Shown: piece after piece, positions 29,713 to 40,435 of the stretch
Layout of the letters: the number at the start of each line of letters is the position of its first letter
Numbering within the stretch: the stretch's first letter is position 1
Assembly: GCA_963777505.1 (NCBI GenBank)
Contig: CAVZQN010000008.1
Coordinates: 256,001-320,000, forward strand
Direction: 5' to 3'
DNA: 64,000 bases
Source: an uncultured bacterium
Lineage (GTDB): Bacteria > Acidobacteriota > HRBIN11 > JAKEFK01
The notes under the pieces: generated by a model
The model's database searches: none
What the model was told of the DNA's origin: nothing
What the model saw: the letters and a program-made list of their open reading frames with translations, nothing else
Made by a program: the position numbers and the translations under genes

Positions 29713-30486
29713 ATGGCAAAGGTTCGTATTGATCAGTTACTCGTCAAGCGCGGATTAGTTGAGAGCCGGGAAACGGCTCAACGATTAATTCTTGCCAGGA
29801 AGATTCTTGTCAATGGCTTACCTCCCGACAAAGCGAGTCAGCAATATTCTGAGGATGTTGAATTAAAACTGATTGAAGGGATGAAGTTTGTCAGCCGTGG
29901 CGGCTTAAAATTAGAAGCAGCTCTCGATCGATTTAGAATTGATGTTACAAATATAATTACAGCCGATATTGGATCTTCAACAGGTGGATTTACGGATTGC
30001 CTGCTCCAACGAGGCGCAAAACGAGTGTATGCAGTCGATGTAGGTTACGGACAGCTTTCCTGGAAGCTGCGTGAAGATCCAAGAGTGACCATTATGGAAC
30101 GCAAAAATGCGAGATACCTAACCTCCGAAAACTTTCCTGAATCAATTCAACTTGCTGTAGTCGATGTGTCTTTTATCGGCGCTGCGAAAATTTTAGAACC
30201 GCTAGCCTCTATTACTTCGGAAACTGTTTTGCTTCTAAAACCTCAGTTCGAAGCAGGGCCTCAGGATGTTCCTCGCGGTGGAGTCATTAAAGATCCTTCT
30301 ATTCATCGAAAAGTGCTGCAAGATTTCTCTAAAGAGTTACGTCATTGGACAATCACAGGCCTGATGGAATCCCCTATTTCAGGAACAAGTGGAAATCGCG
30401 AGTTTCTTGTACACTTAAAGAGATCTCCATCAGTTGGACTTAATAATGAAGAATTGCAGAAACAAATTCAGGAGCTGACAGAGTGA
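29713..30486 (+). CDS. tlyA: TlyA family rRNA 2'-O-methyltransferase
   Basis: S4 domain, VSRGGLKL, DIGSSTGGFTD, KPQFEA. Confidence 0.96.
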   Translation: MAKVRIDQLLVKRGLVESRETAQRLILARKILVNGLPPDKASQQYSEDVELKLIEGMKFVSRGGLKLEAALDRFRIDVTNIITADIGSSTGGFTDCLLQRGAKRVYAVDVGYGQLSWKLREDPRVTIMERKNARYLTSENFPESIQLAVVDVSFIGAAKILEPLASITSETVLLLKPQFEAGPQDVPRGGVIKDPSIHRKVLQDFSKELRHWTITGLMESPISGTSGNREFLVHLKRSPSVGLNNEELQKQIQELTE

Positions 30487-31346
30487 CATTTCCATATAAA
30501 GTCGTTGGACTCTTTACCAAACCTTCCTATCCGAAAATCGAAGAGCTGATGGCCAAAATCAGTGATTGGATGAAGTCACGAAATTGTCAGTTAGTTGCAA
30601 TCGAAGGTGCCGCTGCTTTTCCTGGTGTGAGGTATGTAACGAAAGAAGAATTCTTAAAAAATGTTCAAATGATTCTCGTTTTGGGGGGAGATGGAACATT
30701 TTTAGGAGCCGGACGCATCTCACTGTCTCGTAACATTCCTGTGCTTGGTGTAAATCTGGGGCGTCTTGGATTTTTAACGGAAATTACAATTGAAGAATTA
30801 TTCCCGGTATTAGAACGGATTGAAAAGGGTCAAATCTTATTGGAAACACGCGATGCTTTGCAAGTGCGTGTAAAAAGAAAAGATGAAATTTTATTTGAAG
30901 ATCATGTAATCAACGATGCCGTGGTTTCCAAAACCGCAATTTCAAGACTTCTGGAGATTGAAACCAGAGTTAATCATAACTTTCTGGCGCTTTTTAAAGC
31001 CGATGGATTGATCATTTCAACACCAACGGGATCAACAGCATATTCTCTTGCTGCCGGCGGTCCGATTGTGTTTCCAACGATGGATGCAATCATTATGACG
31101 CCAATCTGTCCTCATAGTTTGAATCAACGTCCGCTGGTGATTCCAGATACATTTACAATTTCTGTTCATATTCAAACCCCTCCGGAAAACTCCACGCTGA
31201 CCCTTGATGGTCAAATTGGAAGATCTTTGGAGGTAGAGGAATACGTTGAAATCGAACGCAGCCCTTTCTCGTTCAATGTCATCAAATCCCCTTTCCGGTC
31301 CTACTTCGATATTCTGAAAAGCAAACTCCGCTGGGCAGAAATCTGA
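30483..31346 (+). CDS. nadK: NAD kinase
   Basis: GGDGT, GRLGFL, ND, DGLIISTPTGSTAYSLAAGG. Confidence 0.97.
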   Translation: MTFPYKVVGLFTKPSYPKIEELMAKISDWMKSRNCQLVAIEGAAAFPGVRYVTKEEFLKNVQMILVLGGDGTFLGAGRISLSRNIPVLGVNLGRLGFLTEITIEELFPVLERIEKGQILLETRDALQVRVKRKDEILFEDHVINDAVVSKTAISRLLEIETRVNHNFLALFKADGLIISTPTGSTAYSLAAGGPIVFPTMDAIIMTPICPHSLNQRPLVIPDTFTISVHIQTPPENSTLTLDGQIGRSLEVEEYVEIERSPFSFNVIKSPFRSYFDILKSKLRWAEI

Positions 31347-31623
31347 ACCGCAAAGACACAAAAAAAATTGCTACATAGTGAAAAGATCATAGCGAGTATA
31401 AGGGGCAGTCTCGGGGAAATGTACGACCGTATAAATCCTAGGTTGACAACGCATCAACCCCGTGTCATTAGTCATAAACTTGCATCTGGATAATTAGTGG
31501 TTCCAACCGTAGTGAGTTATGATTGCGAAGGAAATGAAGACGAGCCCTTCATGCTCCCATTTATGACGAGACAAACTGTCTAAAATCAACGAGCTAACAT
31601 TCTCTTTGAGCGGAGTTACTGAC

Positions 31624-32766
31624 ATGAGATTTTTAATTTTGTTCATGGTTCTTGCATTGCCTTTTGCAAACGCCGACGTCAGGTTCGAGGGTGCAGAAGG
31701 TGGAAGTAGAGACGTTTACCTTGAGAAAGGACAGGTATGGGAAAAAAGGGACATACAGAACATCAATATTTTGCTTGGGCCTAGCAGCTCGAATCCAATT
31801 CTTCCAGGGGCCGAAATTCGGTGTCGTTACGTAGAATGGAAGAAACCTCCTGTCGGCGCAACACAGAAATTTAATTGTGCACTCGAAAGCGGGGAGATTG
31901 TTCGGATTAAATATGGAATAGACAATCGAGAAATATTTGCCGAAGTGGTTGCTTCACGGCTTTTTTGGGCCTTGGGCTTCTCCCCGGATGAAGTTTATTC
32001 TGTAAAAGTAATTTGCTCAGGATGCCCTGAGAAAAATCCATTTAAACCGGAAAAAAATGAACGACGAATTGAGCGGACATTTGATTCCTCCACGATGGAA
32101 GGAAGATATGCAGGTTACACCATTGAAGATGAAGATGATGAAGATCAAGGATGGAAGTGGAAAGAATTGGAGAAAGTTGACGCCAGTAAGGGAGGCGCCG
32201 GTTCGGATCAAATCGACGCTTTAAAGTTACTGGCAGTTTTTGTTCAGCATGGCGATAGTAAGCCTCAACAACAACGGATGGTCTGCAGCAAGGAAGATGT
32301 TGAGTTCAGTGCAGACAAAAAGACAGCAACGTGTAAAAGACCCATTTTGATGGTGCAGGATTTAGGTGCAACCTTTGGAAAAGCAGATAAAACCACTTCG
32401 AAGAACGCAAAATTCGATTACGAGCGGTGGTCCGAGATCTCAATCTGGGATCAGTCCAAAGAGACGGAACACTATCAACGAAACAAACGCAGGGTTTGTA
32501 TTGGCAATTTGACTTCTTCTATGTCGGCAAGTGGGGGTCTCTCTGATCCAGTCATCACGGAGGGTGGTAGAAAATTTCTGGCAGATCAATTGATGCAACT
32601 CAGTGATGCTCAAATCCGTGATCTATTTATGAGCATTCCAGTTGAAAAAGCTGACGAAACCATCGAAGTCGACGGAACAGAAAGACCGGTTAGTGTTGAT
32701 GATTGGGTCAATGCATTTAAGAAGAAACGTCAAGAGATTGTAGAACGAGATTGTACTGCGAAGTAG
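31624..32766 (+). CDS. Exported hypothetical protein with atypical protein-kinase-like motifs
   Basis: Signal peptide MRFLILFMVLALPFANA; IKYG, EIFAEVVASRLFWALG, HGDSKPQQ, QDLGATFG. Confidence 0.7.
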   Translation: MRFLILFMVLALPFANADVRFEGAEGGSRDVYLEKGQVWEKRDIQNINILLGPSSSNPILPGAEIRCRYVEWKKPPVGATQKFNCALESGEIVRIKYGIDNREIFAEVVASRLFWALGFSPDEVYSVKVICSGCPEKNPFKPEKNERRIERTFDSSTMEGRYAGYTIEDEDDEDQGWKWKELEKVDASKGGAGSDQIDALKLLAVFVQHGDSKPQQQRMVCSKEDVEFSADKKTATCKRPILMVQDLGATFGKADKTTSKNAKFDYERWSEISIWDQSKETEHYQRNKRRVCIGNLTSSMSASGGLSDPVITEGGRKFLADQLMQLSDAQIRDLFMSIPVEKADETIEVDGTERPVSVDDWVNAFKKKRQEIVERDCTAK

Positions 32767-32773
32767 AAGCTTG

Positions 32774-32808
32774 AACCGCAGAGACACAAGCTCTGTGACT
32801 TTGTGGTT
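32774..32808. repeat. Inverted pair of the dispersed 18-bp element
   Basis: aaccgcagagacacaag / ctctgtgactttgtggtt; right arm overlaps the frr stop. Confidence 0.8.
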
Positions 32809-33365
32809 CAGGAGTGCAGAATTTCTTCTTCTTTGGCCTTGGCTACATCATCCAGTCTTTTGATGTACTCATCATGAAGTTTCTGTACAAAATCGAGGCC
32901 CTTCTTTTCCTCATCCTGGGAAATTTGTTTCGCCTTTTCCAATTTCTTTAAATCATCATTACCATGACGTCGGATCTGGCGTATTTCATTGTGGCCATGT
33001 TCTGTGACTTTTCCAAGGTGTTTTGCAAGCTGTTGACGGCGTTCTTCTGTTAAGGGTGGGATTGGGATGCGGATGATTTTTCCATCATTTGCGGGATTCA
33101 AACCTAAATCACTTTTACGGATCGCTTTTTCAATTTCCGCGATAATGCTCACATCGTAGGGTTTCACTGTAATGAGATTTGCCTCCGGAGTATTCAAAGC
33201 CCCGACCTGGTTGATCGGAGTTGGAGTTCCGTAGTACTCCACCATAATGCCATCGAGCAAACTGATTGAAGCCTTCCCGGTGCGCACACCAGCAAGCTCT
33301 TTACGATGCGCTTCAACTGCTGAATCCATACGTCTCCGAAGGTCTTTTAAAAGTTCTTCATACAT
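32808..33365 (-). CDS. frr: Ribosome recycling factor
   Basis: RTGKAS, YYGTPTP, DLGLNP, PPLTEERR; start ATG 33365. Confidence 0.97.
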   Translation of the reverse strand: MYEELLKDLRRRMDSAVEAHRKELAGVRTGKASISLLDGIMVEYYGTPTPINQVGALNTPEANLITVKPYDVSIIAEIEKAIRKSDLGLNPANDGKIIRIPIPPLTEERRQQLAKHLGKVTEHGHNEIRQIRRHGNDDLKKLEKAKQISQDEEKKGLDFVQKLHDEYIKRLDDVAKAKEEEILHS

Positions 33366-33369
33366 AGTG

Positions 33370-34101
33370 TCACCCCTTAATCCAAGAACCGATCGACTCA
33401 CCCATAATAACGCGTTTGATGTTTCCTCTGGTTTTCAAATTAAATACTACAATCGGCATACTGTTGTCCATGCACAAAGAAATTGCAGTTGAATCCATGA
33501 CTTTGATTTGCTTACTCAAAATGTCCATGTAATTCAGTTCATGAAACATGACAGCGTCTGAATGTTTGGCTGGATCTTTATCATAGATGCCTTCAACTTT
33601 TGTTGCTTTCAAAATGATTTCGGCGTGAATTTCCATTGCTCGAAGTGCGGCCGCAGTATCGGTTGAAAAATAGGGATTGCCTGTACCGGCTGCAAAGATG
33701 ACAACGCGTTTTTTTTCAAGGTGACGGATTGCGCGGCGACGAATAAAAGGTTCGGCTACACTTCGAACTTCGATTGCAGAGATCAAGCGCGTCACAAGCC
33801 CGCGCTTTTCAAGCCCATCTTGAAGAGCAATTGCATTGATCAGAGTTGCTAACATACCCATCTGATCACCTGCAACACGATCCAGGCCGGTAGAGCTGGC
33901 AGATAAACCACGGAAAATATTTCCACCGCCAATAACAAGTCCTATCTCAACATCGAGTTTGGCAACTTCAACAATTTCATCGGCAAGATAACTAACGATT
34001 TTTGGATCAATGCCGAAGCTCTGTTCACCCATCAAAGCTTCGCCGCTTAATTTCAACAGAACACGTTTGAAGTGCGGTGTAACTTCAGTTTCTGCTGCCA
34101 T
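33370..34101 (-). CDS. pyrH: UMP kinase
   Basis: [29 protein letters not shown]; start ATG 34101. Confidence 0.98.
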   Translation of the reverse strand: MAAETEVTPHFKRVLLKLSGEALMGEQSFGIDPKIVSYLADEIVEVAKLDVEIGLVIGGGNIFRGLSASSTGLDRVAGDQMGMLATLINAIALQDGLEKRGLVTRLISAIEVRSVAEPFIRRRAIRHLEKKRVVIFAAGTGNPYFSTDTAAALRAMEIHAEIILKATKVEGIYDKDPAKHSDAVMFHELNYMDILSKQIKVMDSTAISLCMDNSMPIVVFNLKTRGNIKRVIMGESIGSWIKG

Positions 34102-34105
34102 GCTT

Positions 34106-34711
34106 TTATTGTGAGGACTCTCCAAGTTTGTAGCGGGCAAAACGGCGAACAACAATGTTTTCCCCGAATTTTGCAATGTGGTCTTGAATTAATTGATTGA
34201 CTTTAATGCTTTCGTCCTTAACAAAGGCTTGATCCATCAAAACGTACTCGATGTACCATTTATCCAAACGGCCTTCCACAATTTGCTTCTTAATGTTTTC
34301 AGGCTTTTTTGTGTCATCGAGTTGTCCTAGTAAGATTTCACGTTCCTTATTTAGAACTTCTTGTGGAACATCTTCACGGTTCAAATAACGTGGATTCATT
34401 GCCGCAATCTGGACTGCAATATCGTGTGCGAAAGCCTGAAACTCAGCTGTACGCGCCACAAAATCGGTTTCACAATTAACCTCAACGAGCACACCGATTT
34501 TGCTGCCAGGATGAATATAGGATGTAACCACACCTTCACTGGCCGTACGTCCAGCTTTTCGTGCTGCCGTTGCGACTCCTTTTTTGCGAAGGATTGTGAT
34601 TGCTTCTTCAAAATCACCTTTCGATTCCTGTAAGGCAGCCTTACAATCCATCATTCCCGCGCCGGTTTGATCGCGCAGTCTCTTTACCATTTCTGCAGAA
34701 ATTTCGCTCAC
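34106..34711 (-). CDS. tsf: Elongation factor Ts (short form)
   Basis: [23 protein letters not shown]. Confidence 0.98.
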   Translation of the reverse strand: MSEISAEMVKRLRDQTGAGMMDCKAALQESKGDFEEAITILRKKGVATAARKAGRTASEGVVTSYIHPGSKIGVLVEVNCETDFVARTAEFQAFAHDIAVQIAAMNPRYLNREDVPQEVLNKEREILLGQLDDTKKPENIKKQIVEGRLDKWYIEYVLMDQAFVKDESIKVNQLIQDHIAKFGENIVVRRFARYKLGESSQ

Positions 34712-34729
34712 AGAAAAATCCTCCTTCTG

Positions 34730-35572
34730 TTACCGGACGAAGTCTTCTTCATCTTCATGATCATCTGTAAAAGACCGCGATAGATTCATTTCCAGCAAAT
34801 CCTGGTCCACTATCTCAGGCGTTACTTCTGCTTCGACTACCTCCGGTTGAGATGCTTCCACCATGGGCATTGGTACACCTGTCGAAGCAAACTGATTCTT
34901 GCCTTCAATTACAGCTTCTGAGATGCGGGAGGCAAACAGTTTGATTGCTCGAATCGCATCATCATTGCCGGGGATTACAAAATCAATCATGTCGGGATCG
35001 CAATTCGTATCCACAACTGCGACCACTGGAATATTTAATTTCTTTGCTTCACCTACAGCGATATCTTCCTTTCTTGGATCAATCACAAACAACGCTTCAG
35101 GTAATGCTTCCATATCCTTGATACCCTGGAAAAGTTTGTCCATCTTCTTGTATTTCTTTTCCAATTTGGAAGCATCTTTCTTGCTGAAATGTTCAAAATC
35201 GCCGTCCAATTTCATTTTCTGAAGCTCTTTGAACTTTTTCATGCTCTTTTTCAAAGTCACGAAATTTGTCAGCAAACCACCGAGCCATCTTTGATTCACA
35301 TATGGCATTCCGGCGCGTTCAGCTTCTTCAGCGATCGCATCCTGAGCTTGTTTTTTTGTACCAACAAAGAGAACGTTTCTTCCTTGTGCAGCAATATTGC
35401 TCATAAAGCGTGACGCTTCATCAAACAATTTAATCGTTTGCTGTAGGTCGATAATATGGATCCCGTTCCTTTCGTTATAAATATATTTTTTCATTTTGGG
35501 ATTGCGTTTTTTGGTCTGATGACCAAAATGCACACCTGCTTCTAATAACTCTTTTAAACTGATACTAACCAA
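34730..35572 (-). CDS. rpsB: 30S ribosomal protein S2
   Basis: [28 protein letters not shown]. Confidence 0.98.
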   Translation of the reverse strand: MVSISLKELLEAGVHFGHQTKKRNPKMKKYIYNERNGIHIIDLQQTIKLFDEASRFMSNIAAQGRNVLFVGTKKQAQDAIAEEAERAGMPYVNQRWLGGLLTNFVTLKKSMKKFKELQKMKLDGDFEHFSKKDASKLEKKYKKMDKLFQGIKDMEALPEALFVIDPRKEDIAVGEAKKLNIPVVAVVDTNCDPDMIDFVIPGNDDAIRAIKLFASRISEAVIEGKNQFASTGVPMPMVEASQPEVVEAEVTPEIVDQDLLEMNLSRSFTDDHEDEEDFVR

Positions 35573-35709
35573 AGTGTTTTACCTCCTGTATCTTCTTCCA
35601 CGCGCCATCTAGCGCAAAGTGCGGAAGAAAAGTTTCGCGCCATCCTTAAATGGATTTTGCGTATTTTAGAACCACACTCAGCACTGAGCTTCATTGCTCA
35701 GCACTATTG

Positions 35710-36102
35710 TTAACGTTTTGAGAATTGGAACTTTTTACGGGCGCCAGGTTGTCCGTATTTCTTGCGTTCTTTTATTCTGGAATCACGTGTAAGAAATCCG
35801 GCATCTTTCAGCTTCTTTCTTAACTCCACATTAAATTTCAGTAACGCACGGGCAACACCAAGACGAACAGCTTCAGCTTGACCTGCAACGCCGCCGCCTT
35901 GTGCAAAGGCCATAACGTTGAATTTATCAGCAGTTTCTGTAACCAGAAGCGGCTGTTTTACAACGATTTTTAAAGCCTCACTCGGGAAATATTCTTCCAT
36001 TTTTTTCCGGTTGATCGTAAATCCACCCGGACCGGGCTTTAAAAAAACACGGGCTATTGCCTTCTTTCGCTTCCCTGTCCCGTAATAACGAGTTTCAGGC
36101 AC
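35710..36102 (-). CDS. rpsI: 30S ribosomal protein S9
   Basis: [30 protein letters not shown]; GTG start after AAGGAGG. Confidence 0.98.
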   Translation of the reverse strand: MPETRYYGTGKRKKAIARVFLKPGPGGFTINRKKMEEYFPSEALKIVVKQPLLVTETADKFNVMAFAQGGGVAGQAEAVRLGVARALLKFNVELRKKLKDAGFLTRDSRIKERKKYGQPGARKKFQFSKR

Positions 36103-36177
36103 TTTTTCCTCCTTACATGCCGGCAAATATCCGGCATACATCCAAATCAATCAACGGATTATTAAGATAACGGAATG

Positions 36178-36615
36178 CTAACGAGAGCGAGGCGCAAGAG
36201 GTTCAGGTCTTTGGGCCTCATGGGGATGTTCATTGCCGCTATAGACCTTCAATTTCTTGAGATACACCGATCGCAGTTTGTTTTTCGGCAACATGCCGTC
36301 AACTGCTTCCAGGATCACTCTTTCCGGGGCTTTCTTTTGCAGTTCGGTGATTCCTACCGTTTTTAAACCACCAGGATAACCCGAATGATGGCGATACACT
36401 TTCTCAATTCCTTTTTTTCCAGTGAGCACCACTTTATCGGCATTAACAATGACTACAAAATCTCCAACATCTTCATGCTTTGTATAAACCGGTTTTACTT
36501 TTCCGGTTAAAACCTTGGCTACAAATGTTGCAAGTCTGCCCAGAATCTGCCCTTCAGCATTAATCAGATACCACTTCTTCTGGATTTCTCCCGCTTTCGG
36601 GAAATACGTACTCAT
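36178..36615 (-). CDS. rplM: 50S ribosomal protein L13
   Basis: LGRLAT, GDFVVIVNA, HSGYPGG, GMLPKN, HPHEAQ; start ATG 36615. Confidence 0.98.
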   Translation of the reverse strand: MSTYFPKAGEIQKKWYLINAEGQILGRLATFVAKVLTGKVKPVYTKHEDVGDFVVIVNADKVVLTGKKGIEKVYRHHSGYPGGLKTVGITELQKKAPERVILEAVDGMLPKNKLRSVYLKKLKVYSGNEHPHEAQRPEPLAPRSR

Positions 36616-36709
36616 TACACTCCTCAATCTCCGCAAGAGGCTAGTTGTAAATATTTGCGGACAAAAAATGCCCGCACCTCGAGCGGAACAGACGTTTTGA
36701 TCAGACCTA

Positions 36710-36738
36710 AATGTATCGTATGCCCTCGATCTTGTCAA
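36710..36738 (-). promoter_or_regulatory. sigma70 promoter of the rplM operon
   Basis: Minus strand TTGACA-N17-TACATT. Confidence 0.7.
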
Positions 36739-36819
36739 GAAAAGGGGTCTTTAGCCCAGGTGAACAAAAGACTTATCAAAATAGCGGAATATTTCTTTTG
36801 ACGCTCATTGAAGCCGCAG

Positions 36820-37146
36820 TTATTTTACGAGGTTAAACGTTTCGAGCATGGCCCAGCGAATGATTCGAGTTTTCGTTCCGTAGGCATCCAAATAATGCTG
36901 CCGCAATCGAGCTCCTTCGTCGCTTTTTACATATTTGTCGTAGGCTGCTTGATTGCGCAGTTCATACAAAACAAAATACTCTGCTTCCTGGCTGCTGTTG
37001 GAAATACACTTGAATTTCCGGACAGTCATAAAGCCGGGCTGACTCAAAACCATTGGGATGTGTTCTTCGTTGTGCCAGCGGTTCCAATCCTTTTCGAACT
37101 TGGAAGGAATTCTGCAGCTCACAACATACATCACTCGTGAAGACAT
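36820..37146 (-). CDS. Small dimeric alpha/beta-barrel protein (DUF4286/EthD-like)
   Basis: WNRWHNEEHIPMVLSQPGF..YFVLYEL pattern; likely start ATG 37146. Confidence 0.65.
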   Translation of the reverse strand: MSSRVMYVVSCRIPSKFEKDWNRWHNEEHIPMVLSQPGFMTVRKFKCISNSSQEAEYFVLYELRNQAAYDKYVKSDEGARLRQHYLDAYGTKTRIIRWAMLETFNLVK

Positions 37147-37222
37147 ACCGCTCCGAGGAACTACGATATTGTGAGTATACACCTTCATTGTCTATGAGGC
37201 ATCTAGCATCTAACACCGAGAT

Positions 37223-39539
37223 GTGAATATATTTACCGACATGATTGACCCTGTTTGTGGAATGAAAGTTGATCCTGCACGCGCGGCAGGATCGGTGGAT
37301 TACAAAGGAACTACGTACTATTTTTGTAGTACGCATTGTGTTCAAAAATTCCGTGAGAATCCTGAATCTTTTCTAAAGCCAAAGCCTGAACCACCCGCTG
37401 CAACGGATAAGAAAAGTCCACAAGATACCCAAATTTATACATGTCCGATGCATCCGGAGATCGAGCAGATGGGACCTGGATCTTGCCCGATCTGTGGAAT
37501 GGCTTTGGAAGTAAAAAACATCACTCTCGGTTCGGAAACAGAGAACCATGAACTGAAGGACATGACGCGCCGGTTTTGGATCAGCGCAATTTTGACTGTC
37601 CCGGTTTTCCTGATCGGCATGTCTGAGATGATTCCAGGTCAGCCTTTGCAACATACAGTTTCTCCACGAATTCTGTCCTGGATTCAACTGTTGTTAACGT
37701 GTCCGGTTGTATTGTGGGGTGGATATCCATTTTTTGTGCGGGGCTGGGCATCGATTCGCAACCGCAGTGCAAACATGTTTACGCTTATCGCACTGGGTAC
37801 AGGTGCAGCCTTCATATATAGCGTGATTGCAACTCTATTTCCTGATTTCTTTCCGGGTTCGTTTCGAGGTCATAACGGCGAAGTACCTGTTTACTTTGAA
37901 GCCGCATCAGTAATAACAACTCTTGTTTTGTTAGGTCAGGTGTTGGAGCTTCATGCAAGGGATCGCACGAGTCATGCGATCCGTGACCTTATTGAAGCTC
38001 GCGCCAAATTCTGCTCGCGTGATCGAATCGAATAACACTGAAATCGATGTGCCGATTGAGCGGATCCATATGGGAGACCGGCTGCGCGTTCGTCCAGGCG
38101 AAAAAGTTCCCACCGATGGCATAGTGATTGAAGGCCAGAGCTTCGTTGATGAATCGATGATCTCTGGTGAACCAATTCCGGTTGAAAAGAAATCAGGCAG
38201 CCCTGTAACTGGTGGAACTTTGAACGGCACAGGAAGCTTTGTAATGGAAGCAACCCGCGTTGGCAGTGAAACAATGCTTGCGCAAATTGTGCGAATGGTC
38301 AGCGAGGCACAAAGAACACGAGCACCGATTCAAAGACTTGCCGATGTTGTTTCTGCCTACTTTGTTCCAATCGTAATCGTAATCGCAGTCCTTACTTTTA
38401 TTACCTGGAGTTTATTGGGTCCCGAGCCACGCATAATTCATGCGCTCGTGAATGCTGTCGCAGTTTTAATTATCGCTTGCCCCTGCGCACTTGGGCTTGC
38501 TACGCCAATGTCAATCATGGTTGGAATGGGACGTGGCGCGAAATCAGGCGTATTAATCCGGAATGCTGAAGCACTTGAAACCATGGAAGGTGTCGACACT
38601 CTTCTTGTTGATAAAACTGGTACCTTGACTGAAGGAAAGCCTCAGGTTGTCAGCATCCTACCTGAAAATTCAGAAGAAGTTTTGTCAATTGCAGCAGCAA
38701 TCGAGAAAGGAAGCGAACATCCGCTTGGGAATGCAATCATAGAAGCGGCATTGCAAAAAAAATATGAAATCCCTGTTGCATCCGAATTCCAATCAATTAC
38801 AGGCAAAGGTGTTACCGCAACAATCAATGGAAAGAAAGCTGCAGTGGGTAACGAACGATTCATGCAAGAGTTTGGAACAGAATTCAATCCGTATGTTGAA
38901 AAAACGGAAGGACTTCGAAACGACGGACAGACTGTCGTTTTCGTTGCACTGGATAAAAAAGTGATTGGAATCATTGGAATTGCTGATCCGATAAAAACGT
39001 CAGCAGTCGAAGCAGTAGAAATGCTCCGCAACGAAGGCCTTCGTTTTATCATGCTGACTGGAGATAACAGAAAAACAGCAATGAAAGTTGCAGAGAAACT
39101 AAATATTTCTGAGGTTGAAGCAGAAATTCTTCCGTCACAAAAGCAAGAAGTAGTAAAGAAACTGCAGAATCAAAATCGGAAAGTTGCAATGGCAGGAGAT
39201 GGAATCAATGACGCGCCCGCTCTCGCTCAGGCAGATGTTGGAATCGCAATGGGGACAGGCACCGACATTGCGATAGAAAGTTCTGATATTACTTTGTTGA
39301 AAGGAGACGTGCGAGGAGTGGTGAGGGCACGCCGGTTAAGCAAAGCAACGATGCGGAACATTCGCCAAAATCTGTTGTTCGCTTTCATATACAACATTCT
39401 TGGTGTTCCAATCGCCGCGGGGTTACTGTATCCATGGACTGGTCTGTTATTGAGTCCGATGATCGCAAGCGCAGCGATGACATTCAGTTCAGTTTCGGTG
39501 ATTCTTAATGCGCTTCGATTGCGCAAAGTTCGTTTGTAG
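37223..39539 (+). CDS. copA: Cu(+)-translocating P1B-type ATPase with YHS and CPMH metal-binding domains; 1-nt frameshift near 37986
   Basis: DPVCGM..YYFCS, YTCPMHP..CPICGM, CPC, DKTGT, SEHP, GDGIND, YN and MxxSS; two overlapping ORFs join as AIRALLKLAP if one base is removed. Confidence 0.92.
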
Positions 39540-39659
39540 TAAGGCACGCAGTTCTGGTGCATTTATGCACCTGAACAGTGCCGTTAAATAGGGATGATGC
39601 AAGACAATTGACTGACGGCACTGCTTCGCATTCGCTCAGCTGCGTGCCTAACTACAAAC
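39532..39659. repeat. REP-doublet/MITE-like element with 20-bp terminal inverted repeats
   Basis: GTTTGTAGTAAGGCACGCAG (39532-51) vs CTGCGTGCCTAACTACAAAC (39640-59), 1 mismatch; inner CAGTGCCGT/ACGGCACTG. Confidence 0.8.
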
Positions 39660-40435
39660 TACCCTTTCCCGCTCTTAGCTTCTGTTGATTTAGGCATTAC
39701 GAGTGTGGCTTTCAGATAATCACGGTTCAAGAGTCTAATGAAATCGATACTGATTTCCTTTGGACAGACTGCTTCGCATTCGCGGTGATTTGTACAATTT
39801 CCAAAGCCTTCATCATCCATTTGTTTCACCATATTTAAAACACGGCGGTAACGTTCAGGTTGACCTTGCGGAAGCAGCGCAAGGTGTGAAACCTTCGCTG
39901 ATGTAAACAGCATTGCGGAGCCATTCGGACAAGCTGCGACACAAGCGCCGCACCCAATACATGAAGCAGCATCCATCGCGCGTTCAGCATTTTCCTTAGG
40001 CACAGGAATTATGTTTGCATCAGGTGAGCAACCGGTAGAAACAGAAATGAAACCACCTGCTTCAATGATTCTGTCAAAAGCGGAACGATCTACAGTCAGA
40101 TCTCGAATAACTGGAAATGCACCTGCACGCCATGGTTCTATATAGATGGAATCCCCATCTTTGAAAGATCGCATATGTAACTGACAGGCGGTTGTCGCCT
40201 TGCGAGGTCCATGTGCAACACCATTAATCACCATTCCGCACATGCCACAGATGCCTTCGCGGCAATCATGATCAAACGCGATGGGATCATCACCTTTTGC
40301 AATCAATCTTTCATTAACAACATCCAGCATTTCAAGAAAAGACATTTCCGGGCTGATGTCAGGTGCTTCATAACGCACCATCCGACCTTTGTCGTTTGCA
40401 TTCTTTTGCCGCCAGACGTGCAAAGTAACATTCAT
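39659..40435 (-). CDS. sdhB: Succinate dehydrogenase/fumarate reductase Fe-S subunit
   Basis: [33 protein letters not shown]. Confidence 0.96.
   Translation of the reverse strand: MNVTLHVWRQKNANDKGRMVRYEAPDISPEMSFLEMLDVVNERLIAKGDDPIAFDHDCREGICGMCGMVINGVAHGPRKATTACQLHMRSFKDGDSIYIEPWRAGAFPVIRDLTVDRSAFDRIIEAGGFISVSTGCSPDANIIPVPKENAERAMDAASCIGCGACVAACPNGSAMLFTSAKVSHLALLPQGQPERYRRVLNMVKQMDDEGFGNCTNHRECEAVCPKEISIDFIRLLNRDYLKATLVMPKSTEAKSGKG

Noticed and set aside
37223-38035. Programmed frameshift in copA producing a copper chaperone, as in E. coli copA
   Set aside because: The break lies after several TM helices rather than after the metal-binding domain, and there is no slippery heptamer; a 1-nt insertion explains it
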